From the NCBI GenBank assembly GCA_038064535.1, contig JBBTSX010000009.1, positions 1,603 to 65,602 on the forward strand: a stretch of DNA of 64,000 nucleotides. The letters run 5' to 3'. The notes under the pieces are model-generated. The model was not told where the DNA came from. It did not search any database and saw only the letters and a list, made by a program, of their open reading frames with translations. The translations under genes were made by a program, and so were the position numbers. This document shows, in pieces, positions 46,168 to 54,966 of the stretch. The stretch is from Patescibacteria group bacterium. GTDB lineage: Bacteria; Patescibacteriota; Minisyncoccia; Phycocordibacterales; UBA2100. Position 1 is the stretch's first letter. The number at the start of each line of letters is the position of its first letter.

Positions 46168-46812
46168 ATGGAACACGAACTTTCGTCACAAATAAATCCG
46201 GACCACTACGTCCACGGGTACGACCACCAGCCGCGCTGGCTCGCGTATTTCTACCAGATAGAGAATGTCCTGAAGCTGGGCAAACGCTCGATTCTGGAAG
46301 TGGGGCCCGGCAACGGGACTGTTTCCAATTATCTGAAGATGAGCGGCATGGATGTCACGACGGCGGATATCGACCCGGCGCACGGACCTACCGTCGTCGC
46401 CTCGATTCTCGACTTGCCGTTGCCGGACAATCAGTACGATGTTTCCATGGCGTGCGAAGTTCTCGAACACATTCCGTTTGAAGAACTTCACGTCGCCGTT
46501 TCCGAGCTTGCCCGCGTGTCCAAGGAGTATGTGATTATCTCGGTTCCGGATGTGCGCCGGACGCTCCTGTATCTGGTCTTGAAGCTCCCGTTTCTGCCGG
46601 AGGTGGCGTTGCGTATCCGCATGATGACGAGGAAAATACACGTATTTAACGTCGGACACTTTTGGGAGATAGGAAAACTGGAGTATCCTCCGTCCCGCGT
46701 GCGCGCCGTCATAGAAAGTTGCGGTCTGACGGTAATTGACGAGTTCGCCCCGCACGACGCGCCGTTTTTCCATTTTTTCATCATGCGCAAATCTAAAATA
46801 CAAAAGACATAG
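46168..46812 (+). CDS. Class I SAM-dependent methyltransferase
   Basis: ILEVGPGNGT, YDVSMACEVLEHIP. The track TTG start is at 46162; the first ATG is 46168. Confidence 0.75.
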   Translation: MEHELSSQINPDHYVHGYDHQPRWLAYFYQIENVLKLGKRSILEVGPGNGTVSNYLKMSGMDVTTADIDPAHGPTVVASILDLPLPDNQYDVSMACEVLEHIPFEELHVAVSELARVSKEYVIISVPDVRRTLLYLVLKLPFLPEVALRIRMMTRKIHVFNVGHFWEIGKLEYPPSRVRAVIESCGLTVIDEFAPHDAPFFHFFIMRKSKIQKT

Positions 46813-46949
46813 AAAGCGGTGGCCGGTATGTTACGGCACAAAACCGATTTAAAAATCGACTAAATCTCGCACTTTAACACCCAGTGCTTTGAGTTTCTCT
46901 TTCCAAAACACATAGGAACCATTGGATGATTACTTCTAGCCCTTGTGCA

Positions 46950-46987
46950 GTACACTATAAGAAGCCGGTCGGCCGCTTATAATGTAC
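46950..46987. repeat. 38-nt palindromic element, copy 2, overlapping the stop codon of the PaaX-like gene
   Basis: GTACACTATAAGAAGCCGGTCGGCCGCTTATAATGTAC. The gene's last codons STL and its TAA stop are encoded by the right arm. Confidence 0.7.
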
Positions 46988-47546
46988 TCTCTTTTAGACC
47001 GAAATGCCGGCGAAGACGCAGGTCGTTCTCAATGCTGTCAGCGATGATATAGAGAACTTCTCTGCCGAGACGATAATCTGCCTTGAGAAGAACGAGGATT
47101 TCCTCGGAGTCGAACGGGTGGACCCACACACTATCTTGTAATTTGACATACCCTATTTGAAATAGGGTGTCGCGCAGTCGCTGTCGCAATAATCGCTTTG
47201 ACTCTGGGATATCAAAAATGACGATGCGCCACCTGCCATCCCATTTGGTTGATTTGGGTGTTGAGCCCATTCGTGTTGCCAAAAAGACTTTGCCACGCTC
47301 CGTGAGTTGAATAAATCGCTTCCCAGACTTGGTCTCAACTGTAATGAGCCCGGCTCGTATCAAACGGCCAACGGCACCGCGCGCACTGTTTATATTCTTT
47401 TTAGTGATAGCTCTCCCTAATACTGAAAGGGTGTTGGGTGCAAGTGCGGTGAGAGCAATAATGCCGCCCAGTTGCAGAGTCGTAAGGATTGCTTCCCGTA
47501 TTTTCGTCCTACGCAACCTTCTCGCAGAGTCTTTTTCAATGCTCAT
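46977..47546 (-). CDS. PaaX-like transcriptional regulator, paralog 2
   Basis: WDGRWRIVIFDIPESKRLLRQRLRDTLFQIGYVKLQDSVWVHP (PaaX_C pattern). About 45% identical to 30937-31515. Confidence 0.6.
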   Translation of the reverse strand: MSIEKDSARRLRRTKIREAILTTLQLGGIIALTALAPNTLSVLGRAITKKNINSARGAVGRLIRAGLITVETKSGKRFIQLTERGKVFLATRMGSTPKSTKWDGRWRIVIFDIPESKRLLRQRLRDTLFQIGYVKLQDSVWVHPFDSEEILVLLKADYRLGREVLYIIADSIENDLRLRRHFGLKESTL

Positions 47547-47550
47547 TCCG

Positions 47551-47588
47551 GTACATTATAACAGGCCGGTCGGCTCGTTATAATGTAC
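47551..47588. repeat. 38-nt palindromic element, copy 3, immediately upstream of the PaaX-like start codon
   Basis: GTACATTATAACAGGCCGGTCGGCTCGTTATAATGTAC. On the gene's strand it reads TGTTATAATGTAC-cgga-ATG, i.e. an extended -10 box 8 nt before the start. Confidence 0.7.
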
Positions 47589-47626
47589 CGGGTGTAGTGG
47601 GGATAAGTTGACGGAAATTAGCGTGG

Positions 47627-48298
47627 GTGTGGGATACTATTTCGCATATGCAAGACGCCGGAGGGTCGGGCACCGTTAGTCGTTTCGTCAAAATATGGCG
47701 CCGCGTCCGCTGGCCGCTCGGTATCATTGTGATTGTATATATCGCCCTCGTCATCTTGCGCATTCCTGCGGTGCTGGAGCAACGGCGGACGGCGGAAACA
47801 GTCGACAGGATTCATGCGCAAAGGCTCACGCTCGAAAATGTCGACGGCAAACATCTCCCGCCGCCGCCCGACCCTGCGCAAGTAGACGCGACGATTGAGG
47901 GTGTGGATGCAAACGCAAACGGCATTCGCGACGACGTGGAGCTCGCGATTTTCGAGAAGTATCCCAGCTCCCCGTATACCCGTGCGGCCGAACTGCAGTA
48001 TGCAATGGCGCTACAGATGTATTTGACCGAGGTTTTCAACTCGGAGACGTGGGTTGCGGTAGCAATTCGTTCGGGAAAAGGCTATGGCTGTCTATACGAC
48101 ACGGTACCGAGAGTGAAACTGTCGGATAGTGACGAAGTAATACAACAGACTTTTGAAATAGTCCAAAAACGAATTGATGAAACGGAAAATCTAGTTTTCA
48201 ACACATCAAAGCGAAAGCATGTATACGATGAGGTAAACAGAAAGTTTACAACATCTTTTGGTGGGTCAGCGGACAAAAGCTGCGACTTATCATTGTAG
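47627..48298 (+). CDS. Hypothetical membrane-anchored protein
   Basis: N-terminal TM WPLGIIVIVYIALVILRIPAVL. Otherwise no recognizable motif. Confidence 0.4.
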   Translation: MWDTISHMQDAGGSGTVSRFVKIWRRVRWPLGIIVIVYIALVILRIPAVLEQRRTAETVDRIHAQRLTLENVDGKHLPPPPDPAQVDATIEGVDANANGIRDDVELAIFEKYPSSPYTRAAELQYAMALQMYLTEVFNSETWVAVAIRSGKGYGCLYDTVPRVKLSDSDEVIQQTFEIVQKRIDETENLVFNTSKRKHVYDEVNRKFTTSFGGSADKSCDLSL

Positions 48299-48308
48299 AC
48301 ATCAAGCC

Positions 48309-50135
48309 ATGAGGAAGGTTTTTGTTTTTATCTTGCTCATCGTTTTTCTACCGAACGGAGTGATGGCATTGGGCTGCTCACTAAACGGGTATTCTGTGGT
48401 TTTCGTGAATGGAGTTTTAAACGATCAAGAAAAAGCGCAGGTTGGTAAGGCTGCATTGGAGGAAAAGTATAAGTTTCTTTCAAAGCGGAATGATGTTTCC
48501 TTTTATTTAGGACACAATCAATCGCACATTGCGGGGCTAGGCGACTTTGCTCAGTCTGTCGGACAGATTTTTGATAACCCGATTTCGTACTACGACCGAG
48601 ATACGATTCTTCGGGAAATGCATTCGAAGATTACAACTCGAAAGGTGCTGCTGGTCGGGCATTCGCAAGGCACGTTTTATACAAACGAGATATATAGCTA
48701 CTTAGTCGAGCACGGAGTACCGAGAGAATCAGTCGCCGTCTACAACCTCGCTACACCGGCGAGCCGCGTCGCGGGAGAGGGTGGCTACCTCACGTCCGCG
48801 AACGACCAACTCGTACTGCGAGTCCGGCAATACGCCGCAGCAGCAGGAGCCCCGGAGCCTTTGCAATCGAACATCCTTATTCCGATACGTGCTGAAGAGT
48901 CAACAAAATTATTCGGTGGGCACTCATTTAGCGGTGCTTATCTAACAGGAGCCGCCGCGAGAATCGTAGGAGATATCGAAAAAGCGCTCTCCGAGCTCAG
49001 AGCGTCGGAAGTATCTGAGTCCGATGGTTGTTTCACTCCACCTTCGGCGACGGTGACCTACAAAGTCCAAAAGCTTGGATTTGCCGCACTGGACCCGCTG
49101 GCCAACAAGAGCGTCAACGCCGCCGCGGGGACAGGGAAGGCGATTGCCGCCGCTACGCAAAAAGCATATGCCGCCGCCGCGGCTCTTGCCCGGACCATCA
49201 AGAGCGCGGTTGCCAACTTTACAGGAAACACTCAAGTGAGCGCGGCAACACAAGGCGCCGCGGCGGCGTCGGCACTGCCGGCGAGTCCGTCTCCCGTGCC
49301 CCGGGCGGCGGTCTCCGCCAACACCGCGCCGCCCACCGCTTTGGTAGTAGCTCCGGCTCCGCCTGTTCCCAATCCGCCAACGCCTACGCAGACTGAACCG
49401 CAGCCAATCCCACCGCCGGCACCTGCTCCCGCGGCAATACCCGCGCCCTCGCTTTTTCCCATTTCACCAGGCTTTGGCGGCGACGGCGGGGCCTCGGCCC
49501 CGAGTGTAGCGGCTGAGGTCGAAGAGCCGCAACCGGCGCCGGTCGTTTTTGTGCCCTTGGCGGTCACCGCGCCGGCCGATGCTTCGCTCTTCGTCACCTC
49601 GTCGGTCACAGTTGCCGGCACCACGACTCCTGGTTTGCTCGTCGTGTTTTCATATGGGACAGATACTGCCAGCACGACCGCCGACACGAACGGAGACTGG
49701 TCGGCAGTCCTCGTGCTTCCGGAAGGAGCGACGGCGCTGGGGATCGTCGCATCGGACGCCGACGGCAACACCTCCGATGCATTGACGCGCAGTATCACCA
49801 TCGACACGACGGCACCTGCTACGCCCGTGTCGGCCATTACCGAATGCGCCGCGTTCGGCTCCGGCTACTGCGAGATAGCGACCACGACGGTGAACGTGTC
49901 ATGGAGCCCCATCGCAGACGCTATCTATTACGCGCTCACAAAAGACGCAGCAGTCACCGCAACCACCACGGCAACGAGTGTGCAGTTTGTTATCGACAAC
50001 AATGCCACGACGACCTTTTCCGTCGCGGCATACGACATGATTGGTAACGGCGCAACGTCGACCGATGTAAGTGTGTACGTGCACATTCCCGCGCCCCCGC
50101 CGCCACCGTTACCTCCTCCGCCCATGATGATGTGA
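48309..50135 (+). CDS. Secreted alpha/beta-hydrolase (cutinase/lipase-like GHSQG nucleophile elbow) with Ala/Pro-rich linker and C-terminal Ig-like/beta-sandwich repeats
   Basis: Signal MRKVFVFILLIVFLPNGVMA. VLLVGHSQGT resembles the cutinase GYSQG. Long A/P-rich region, T-rich beta-strand repeats and a poly-Pro tail. Confidence 0.55.
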   Translation: MRKVFVFILLIVFLPNGVMALGCSLNGYSVVFVNGVLNDQEKAQVGKAALEEKYKFLSKRNDVSFYLGHNQSHIAGLGDFAQSVGQIFDNPISYYDRDTILREMHSKITTRKVLLVGHSQGTFYTNEIYSYLVEHGVPRESVAVYNLATPASRVAGEGGYLTSANDQLVLRVRQYAAAAGAPEPLQSNILIPIRAEESTKLFGGHSFSGAYLTGAAARIVGDIEKALSELRASEVSESDGCFTPPSATVTYKVQKLGFAALDPLANKSVNAAAGTGKAIAAATQKAYAAAAALARTIKSAVANFTGNTQVSAATQGAAAASALPASPSPVPRAAVSANTAPPTALVVAPAPPVPNPPTPTQTEPQPIPPPAPAPAAIPAPSLFPISPGFGGDGGASAPSVAAEVEEPQPAPVVFVPLAVTAPADASLFVTSSVTVAGTTTPGLLVVFSYGTDTASTTADTNGDWSAVLVLPEGATALGIVASDADGNTSDALTRSITIDTTAPATPVSAITECAAFGSGYCEIATTTVNVSWSPIADAIYYALTKDAAVTATTTATSVQFVIDNNATTTFSVAAYDMIGNGATSTDVSVYVHIPAPPPPPLPPPPMMM

Positions 50136-50146
50136 GTTGGGAGGTC

Positions 50147-50180
50147 TGTACGCGAAAACATGTACGCGAAAACATTCGTA
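50147..50180. repeat. Tandem direct repeat (GTACGCGAAAACAT)x2 plus a partial third unit, upstream of gmd
   Basis: Units at 50147-50160 and 50161-50174, then GTAC at 50177-50180. Confidence 0.6.
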
Positions 50181-50246
50181 CTATGGGCTCCTTGTGTTAT
50201 GCTGGCCGACACTATGGCAAAACAGGCCAAGAAAAGACCAAGGACC

Positions 50247-51251
50247 ATGCCGCGCAAGAAAAAGACGGCCATTATCACCGGTATCACCGGCCAGGACGGT
50301 TCGTATTTGGCGGAACTCCTGCTCTCCAAGGGGTATGAAGTGCACGGTCTCATGCGCCGCGTTTCATCGTTCGCCTCCACCAGCAGGATTGATCATTTGT
50401 TGGAGAATCCCGATTTTTATAAGCATTACGGCGACCTGGACGACAGCCCATCCATCAATGCGCTCATTGCCCGCATACAGCCGGACGAATTTTATAATCT
50501 CGCCGCCATGTCGCAGGTCGGCATCTCGTTTGAGATTCCACGCTACACCATCGTGGCGAATACACTCGGCGTGCTCACCATCCTGGAGACTATCCGCCGC
50601 TTCTCGCCGCACACGAGATTTTACCAGGCATCGAGTTCCGAGATGTTCGGGATCCCGGGAGTGCCCACCCCCTACAACGAGAAGACGCCGATGAATCCAC
50701 GGAGTCCGTACGGTGTCTCAAAGCTCGCCTCGTACCATCTGACGAAACAGTATCGCGACGGATACGGCCTCTTCGCGACCACCGGCATCCTCTTTAACCA
50801 TGAGAGCCCCCGTCGTGGCGAGAACTTTGTCACAAAAAAGGTGACGCAAGCGGTTGCCCGCATCAAGCACGGCCTGCAGAAGACACTCGAACTCGGGAAC
50901 CTCGAAGCGAAGCGGGACTGGGGCTGGTCTCCGGAATTTGTCGAAGCAATCTACCGGATCGTGCAGCACGACAAACCGGACGACTTCGTCGTCGCGACGG
51001 GAGAGACACATACCGTCGGAGAATTCGTCAAAGAAGCGTTCTCGTGCGCCGGTCTCGACTGGAAGAAATATGTAAAACACTCCGATAAACTGACGCGACC
51101 GAACGAGGTACCGCTCCTCCTCGGTGATGCGACGAAGATTAAGAAGACGCTCGGGTGGAAGCCGACGATGAAGTTTAAAGACATTGTGCGGGCGATGGTT
51201 GAACACGATTTGGAGCACCTCGGCAGCTTCCATCAGAAGCGCAACCTATGA
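50247..51251 (+). CDS. gmd: GDP-mannose 4,6-dehydratase
   Basis: TAIITGITGQDGSYLAELLLSKGYEVHGLMRR, TRFYQASSSEMFG, NPRSPYGVSKL and ILFNHESPRRGENFVT are near-identical to Gmd signatures. The start is ambiguous between 50214 and 50247; the track gives 50160. Confidence 0.9.
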   Translation: MPRKKKTAIITGITGQDGSYLAELLLSKGYEVHGLMRRVSSFASTSRIDHLLENPDFYKHYGDLDDSPSINALIARIQPDEFYNLAAMSQVGISFEIPRYTIVANTLGVLTILETIRRFSPHTRFYQASSSEMFGIPGVPTPYNEKTPMNPRSPYGVSKLASYHLTKQYRDGYGLFATTGILFNHESPRRGENFVTKKVTQAVARIKHGLQKTLELGNLEAKRDWGWSPEFVEAIYRIVQHDKPDDFVVATGETHTVGEFVKEAFSCAGLDWKKYVKHSDKLTRPNEVPLLLGDATKIKKTLGWKPTMKFKDIVRAMVEHDLEHLGSFHQKRNL

Positions 51252-51640
51252 TCCAAGAGATTGCCTCGGAGGGTACGGTCTTCGCGATTATCGCGGACAC
51301 AGCCGGCATGTCTGACGGGATACACCCGCTGACCGACCCTGCATTACCGCTCCAAGTGCTCATGCGCAAGCACGGGAAGGGACACCGGATTGGAAAGCAC
51401 GCACACAAGGCACTCGAGAGGACAGCGACACATCTGAACGAGGGCCTGGTCGTTATCAGAGGGGGGCTCCGTGCCCGTATTTTTGACGCCGGAGGAAAAG
51501 ACATCGGTACGTATGATGTCGCACCGGGACAGTGTTTGCTGATGCTCGGCGGCGGGCACGAGCTGGAGATGACGGCGGATACCGTCGTATTCGAATTCAA
51601 AAACGGACCGTATCGTGACGACAAGATCCCGCTTGTATAA
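51248..51640 (+). CDS. Small cupin-like protein, possibly a sugar ketoisomerase of the FdtA/WxcM type
   Basis: 130 aa with a beta-rich HGKGHRIGKHAH...LLMLGGGHELE pattern. ATGA-coupled to gmd. Confidence 0.35.
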   Translation: MIQEIASEGTVFAIIADTAGMSDGIHPLTDPALPLQVLMRKHGKGHRIGKHAHKALERTATHLNEGLVVIRGGLRARIFDAGGKDIGTYDVAPGQCLLMLGGGHELEMTADTVVFEFKNGPYRDDKIPLV

Positions 51641-51650
51641 ACAATATTCT

Positions 51651-52856
51651 ATGGACGCCGCGCGTAAACGGAAAATCGCGATCGTGACTCCCTATGGTGC
51701 GCAGTCGCGTTTCGATAACTACGCCGAATTTATCCTCGGGCAGACTCTCCAAGAGAGGAATTGGCGTGTGCGCTTCTATACGTACGCGGTGTGGAGCGTC
51801 CCCGCATACCGGCACAGCACCACCTACAAAGGTCTCTCCGTCATCCGTTGCAGACAGCGCGTGGGGATTTCTCCGCATCTTTTCTTTGACATACTGTTCA
51901 CCCGGCCCGACGTGGTCATCTGCTTCCATCCGAAGAGTTTTCTGAACTTCACCGCATATATGGCGGCGCGACTGGTCGGCGCAAAGTTTGTTGCGGATAT
52001 CGTGGGAATCTTGCACGACCCGTACATAGTGAATGACACCGACTCGCCGGAAGACAACTTCAAATCTCCGATTCACCTTGTCACAGACTTCAGGGCGTTG
52101 TTGAAAGATGTGTCCGCACGCCGGCTTAAGGGTCTGTGGACGAATTACGTGTGTCACATGCCGACCAAGCACGCGGATGCCATCGTCTCCATGAACACCG
52201 ATGAGAAGAAGTTTGTGCAGATGATATACAATCGCCCGTCGGAACTTATCTACTGGAGCACGCCGCGATACATGGACTATACCGAGTCGAAGCCGGACGC
52301 GGATATCCCGGAACGTTTCTTTCTGTTCATAGGCCAGATCAAACTGCGCAAAGGATGGGACACGGCACTCGAGGCGATGGCCCGTCTGAAGAAAGAAGGG
52401 AAAGACGATGTGCATCTCGTGTTCGTGACACCCTTCAAAGACATGAGCGAGCCGATTGCCTACGCCCGCAAGCTCGACATTCTGTCTTCGGTGACGTTCC
52501 TGTCGGCGGTTTCAAACGAAGAGAAGGGTTGGCTCCTTACCCATTGCACGTACGTACTGATTCCGAGCCGGTACGAGGGATTCGGGCTGGTCGTATTCGA
52601 GGCGTTTTTGGCCAAGAAGCCGGTGTGTGCGACGACAATCAGGAGCTTCCTCGAATTCTTGGAGGACCGGAAGAATGCCATGCTCTATGCCCCGGGAGAC
52701 AGCGAGGGGCTCGCGCGCGCCGTCATCACACTCGATGCCGATACGGGGCTTCAAAAGACGCTGGTGGAAGAGGGTACGCGCACGGCGGAACGTTTTAACT
52801 ACAACCGCATGGTTGACGCATACGTGAACCTTTTCGATTCATTGGGAAGGTCTTGA
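51651..52856 (+). CDS. Glycosyltransferase family 4
   Basis: IAIVTPYG... and C-domain SRYEGFGLVVFEAFLAKKPV. Start taken at ATG 51651, just after the upstream stop; the track gives 51615. Confidence 0.8.
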   Translation: MDAARKRKIAIVTPYGAQSRFDNYAEFILGQTLQERNWRVRFYTYAVWSVPAYRHSTTYKGLSVIRCRQRVGISPHLFFDILFTRPDVVICFHPKSFLNFTAYMAARLVGAKFVADIVGILHDPYIVNDTDSPEDNFKSPIHLVTDFRALLKDVSARRLKGLWTNYVCHMPTKHADAIVSMNTDEKKFVQMIYNRPSELIYWSTPRYMDYTESKPDADIPERFFLFIGQIKLRKGWDTALEAMARLKKEGKDDVHLVFVTPFKDMSEPIAYARKLDILSSVTFLSAVSNEEKGWLLTHCTYVLIPSRYEGFGLVVFEAFLAKKPVCATTIRSFLEFLEDRKNAMLYAPGDSEGLARAVITLDADTGLQKTLVEEGTRTAERFNYNRMVDAYVNLFDSLGRS

Positions 52857-52877
52857 TGTATCTAGTAAGATAGCTGC

Positions 52878-53771
52878 ATGTCGAAGTCTAATGTACTTAT
52901 AACCGGAGCGGCGGGCATGCTTGGCAGTGCGTTTTCCGACGAATTCAGTACAGCGGAGTATGATGTCCGCGCACTTTCTCATGAGGAGCTTGATGTCACC
53001 GACAGAGATGCGGTACTGAAGGAAGCCGCTTTCGCGCCGGATATCGTCGTGCACACCGCCGGCATAGTAGATGCCGATTATTGCGAAGTGCATCGCGACG
53101 AGTGTTTCGCCGTTCACGCGGGCGGCACGGGGAACATCATCGAGCTGTGCCGGAAGACGGGGGCCAAGCTACTGTATCCGCAGTCGTTTCTTATCTTTGA
53201 CGGGAAGGAGCAGCCGATAACCGAAGAGACGGAGCCGCGCCCGCTGTCCGTCTACGGAGAGGCCAAGTGGGCTGCGGAGCAGGCGATACGGGATGCTCTT
53301 CCCGACGCACTCATCATCCGCATGGGAGGTTTTTTCGGCGGGTTTGAAAAAGACAAGAATTTTGTCGGCATGTTTGCGCGCTTCATGAAAAAGAATATCG
53401 ATGCGGGGAATCGCTCTCTCGTCGGCACGTCGCGGGTGTGGCAGCCCACGTCGACCGTGGCGCTGGCACACAATGCCCGTATTCTCATTGAGGCCGGCAA
53501 GTCCGGTGTCTATGCGATGGCGAGTCAGGGCAGTGCGTCGTTTTTTGATGTGGCGCGGGCGATGGTGGAGATCATGCATCTCGAAAATCGCATGACTATC
53601 ACCGAAGTCCCGTCGAATCATTTCAAGGAGAAGTGCAGGCGTCCGGAAAACGGGACAATGGAGAACCGGCGCTTGAAAGAGGAGGGGCTTGATATGATGT
53701 CTGAGTGGCGCGACAGTCTCGCGAAGTACCTCTCTGAACCCTACTTTACAGACCTTTTTTCATCATCATGA
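52878..53771 (+). CDS. RmlD-family NDP-4-keto-6-deoxyhexose reductase (dTDP-4-dehydrorhamnose reductase-like)
   Basis: VLITGAAGMLGSAF, LDVTDRDAV, PDIVVHTAGIVDADYCE, YGEAKWAAE (YxxxK). Confidence 0.7.
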   Translation: MSKSNVLITGAAGMLGSAFSDEFSTAEYDVRALSHEELDVTDRDAVLKEAAFAPDIVVHTAGIVDADYCEVHRDECFAVHAGGTGNIIELCRKTGAKLLYPQSFLIFDGKEQPITEETEPRPLSVYGEAKWAAEQAIRDALPDALIIRMGGFFGGFEKDKNFVGMFARFMKKNIDAGNRSLVGTSRVWQPTSTVALAHNARILIEAGKSGVYAMASQGSASFFDVARAMVEIMHLENRMTITEVPSNHFKEKCRRPENGTMENRRLKEEGLDMMSEWRDSLAKYLSEPYFTDLFSSS

Positions 53772-54811
53772 GCGAGTACACGTTTCTGACACCGTTCGAG
53801 AAGGAAGGACTTTCTCTTAAGAATCATCTCGCCATGACGGCGATGACGAGAAACTTCGCCGACGAAAACCATTGCGCCACGGATTTGATGCGGGAGTACT
53901 ACGAGCGCCGCGCGAAAGGGGGAGTGGGACTTATCCTGACCGAAGGCACGGTCATTCATCCCAACGCCGACGGATATCCGGATGTGCCATACATCTATAC
54001 CGATGAACAGATGGAAAGTTGGAAAAAAGTGGTGGCCGCCGTGCAGGCGCAGAACACCAAGATGTTCTGCCAGCTCTGGCACTGCGGACGCATCTCCGAC
54101 CCGGTGTATTTGAACGGAGGGATTCCCGTCTCTGCATCGGACCTGCCCGGTATAGGTGTGCACAGCAGGACCAAGAAACCGTTTGTCGCGCCGCGGGCAC
54201 TCCAGACAGTGGAGATTCCTGATATTGTCGACATGTTCGCCCACTCGACAAAGCAGGCGCTACGCGCGGGGTTTGACGGCGTCGAGGTACATGCCGGTCA
54301 CGGGTACCTCCTTGACGGCTTTTTTGACAGTAACGTGAATAACCGGACGGACGAGTACGGGGGTTCCGTAGAAAACCGCTGTCGCTTCCCGCTGATGGTC
54401 TTCAAGAGGGTGCTGGAGATTGCGGGACCTGTGCGCACGGCCGTGCGCATCTCCCCGTCGCGGGAAATGAACGGCTTGTACGAATGGCCGGATATTGAGG
54501 AGATGCTCGCCTATTTGATTCCCGAGCTTGACGGTATGGGATTGAAAATTCTCGACGTCAGCAGCGCCAGCAGCGATTATTGGAAGACATCGGGCCGCAT
54601 GGTGCGGGCCATACGACCGATGTGGCCGCACGTGCTCATCGCGGGAGCGAGTCTTCCGCCCGAAAAGGCCGACGAAGAGATACAAAGCGGCCTCGTCGAT
54701 ATCGTCACGTACGGAAGGTTTATCCTTGCAAATCCCGATTTTGTGGAAAAGATAACGAAAGGGGAAGAACTCGCGCCCTATTCCAAAGAGCTTCTGAAGA
54801 CTTTGTACTGA
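53768..54811 (+). CDS. Old Yellow Enzyme-family NAD(P)H:flavin oxidoreductase (FMN ene-reductase)
   Basis: NHLAMTAMTRN, GGVGLILTEGT, FDGVEVHAGHGYLLDGFFD...NRTDEYGGS. ATGA-coupled to the RmlD-like gene. Confidence 0.8.
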   Translation: MSEYTFLTPFEKEGLSLKNHLAMTAMTRNFADENHCATDLMREYYERRAKGGVGLILTEGTVIHPNADGYPDVPYIYTDEQMESWKKVVAAVQAQNTKMFCQLWHCGRISDPVYLNGGIPVSASDLPGIGVHSRTKKPFVAPRALQTVEIPDIVDMFAHSTKQALRAGFDGVEVHAGHGYLLDGFFDSNVNNRTDEYGGSVENRCRFPLMVFKRVLEIAGPVRTAVRISPSREMNGLYEWPDIEEMLAYLIPELDGMGLKILDVSSASSDYWKTSGRMVRAIRPMWPHVLIAGASLPPEKADEEIQSGLVDIVTYGRFILANPDFVEKITKGEELAPYSKELLKTLY

Positions 54812-54966
54812 CTGGGGCATGTTTGACCTCCACTTCAGGGCGAGCCTCCCTGCGGTCGCTGTCTGCACCTGCTGGTGCAGCGCTCAATCTCGGCGTCGTC
54901 ACGCCTGCGAAGACCGCAGGGAGGCTCGCCCCTCGCTCCGGTTAAACGTTTTCAAACATGCGCTAG

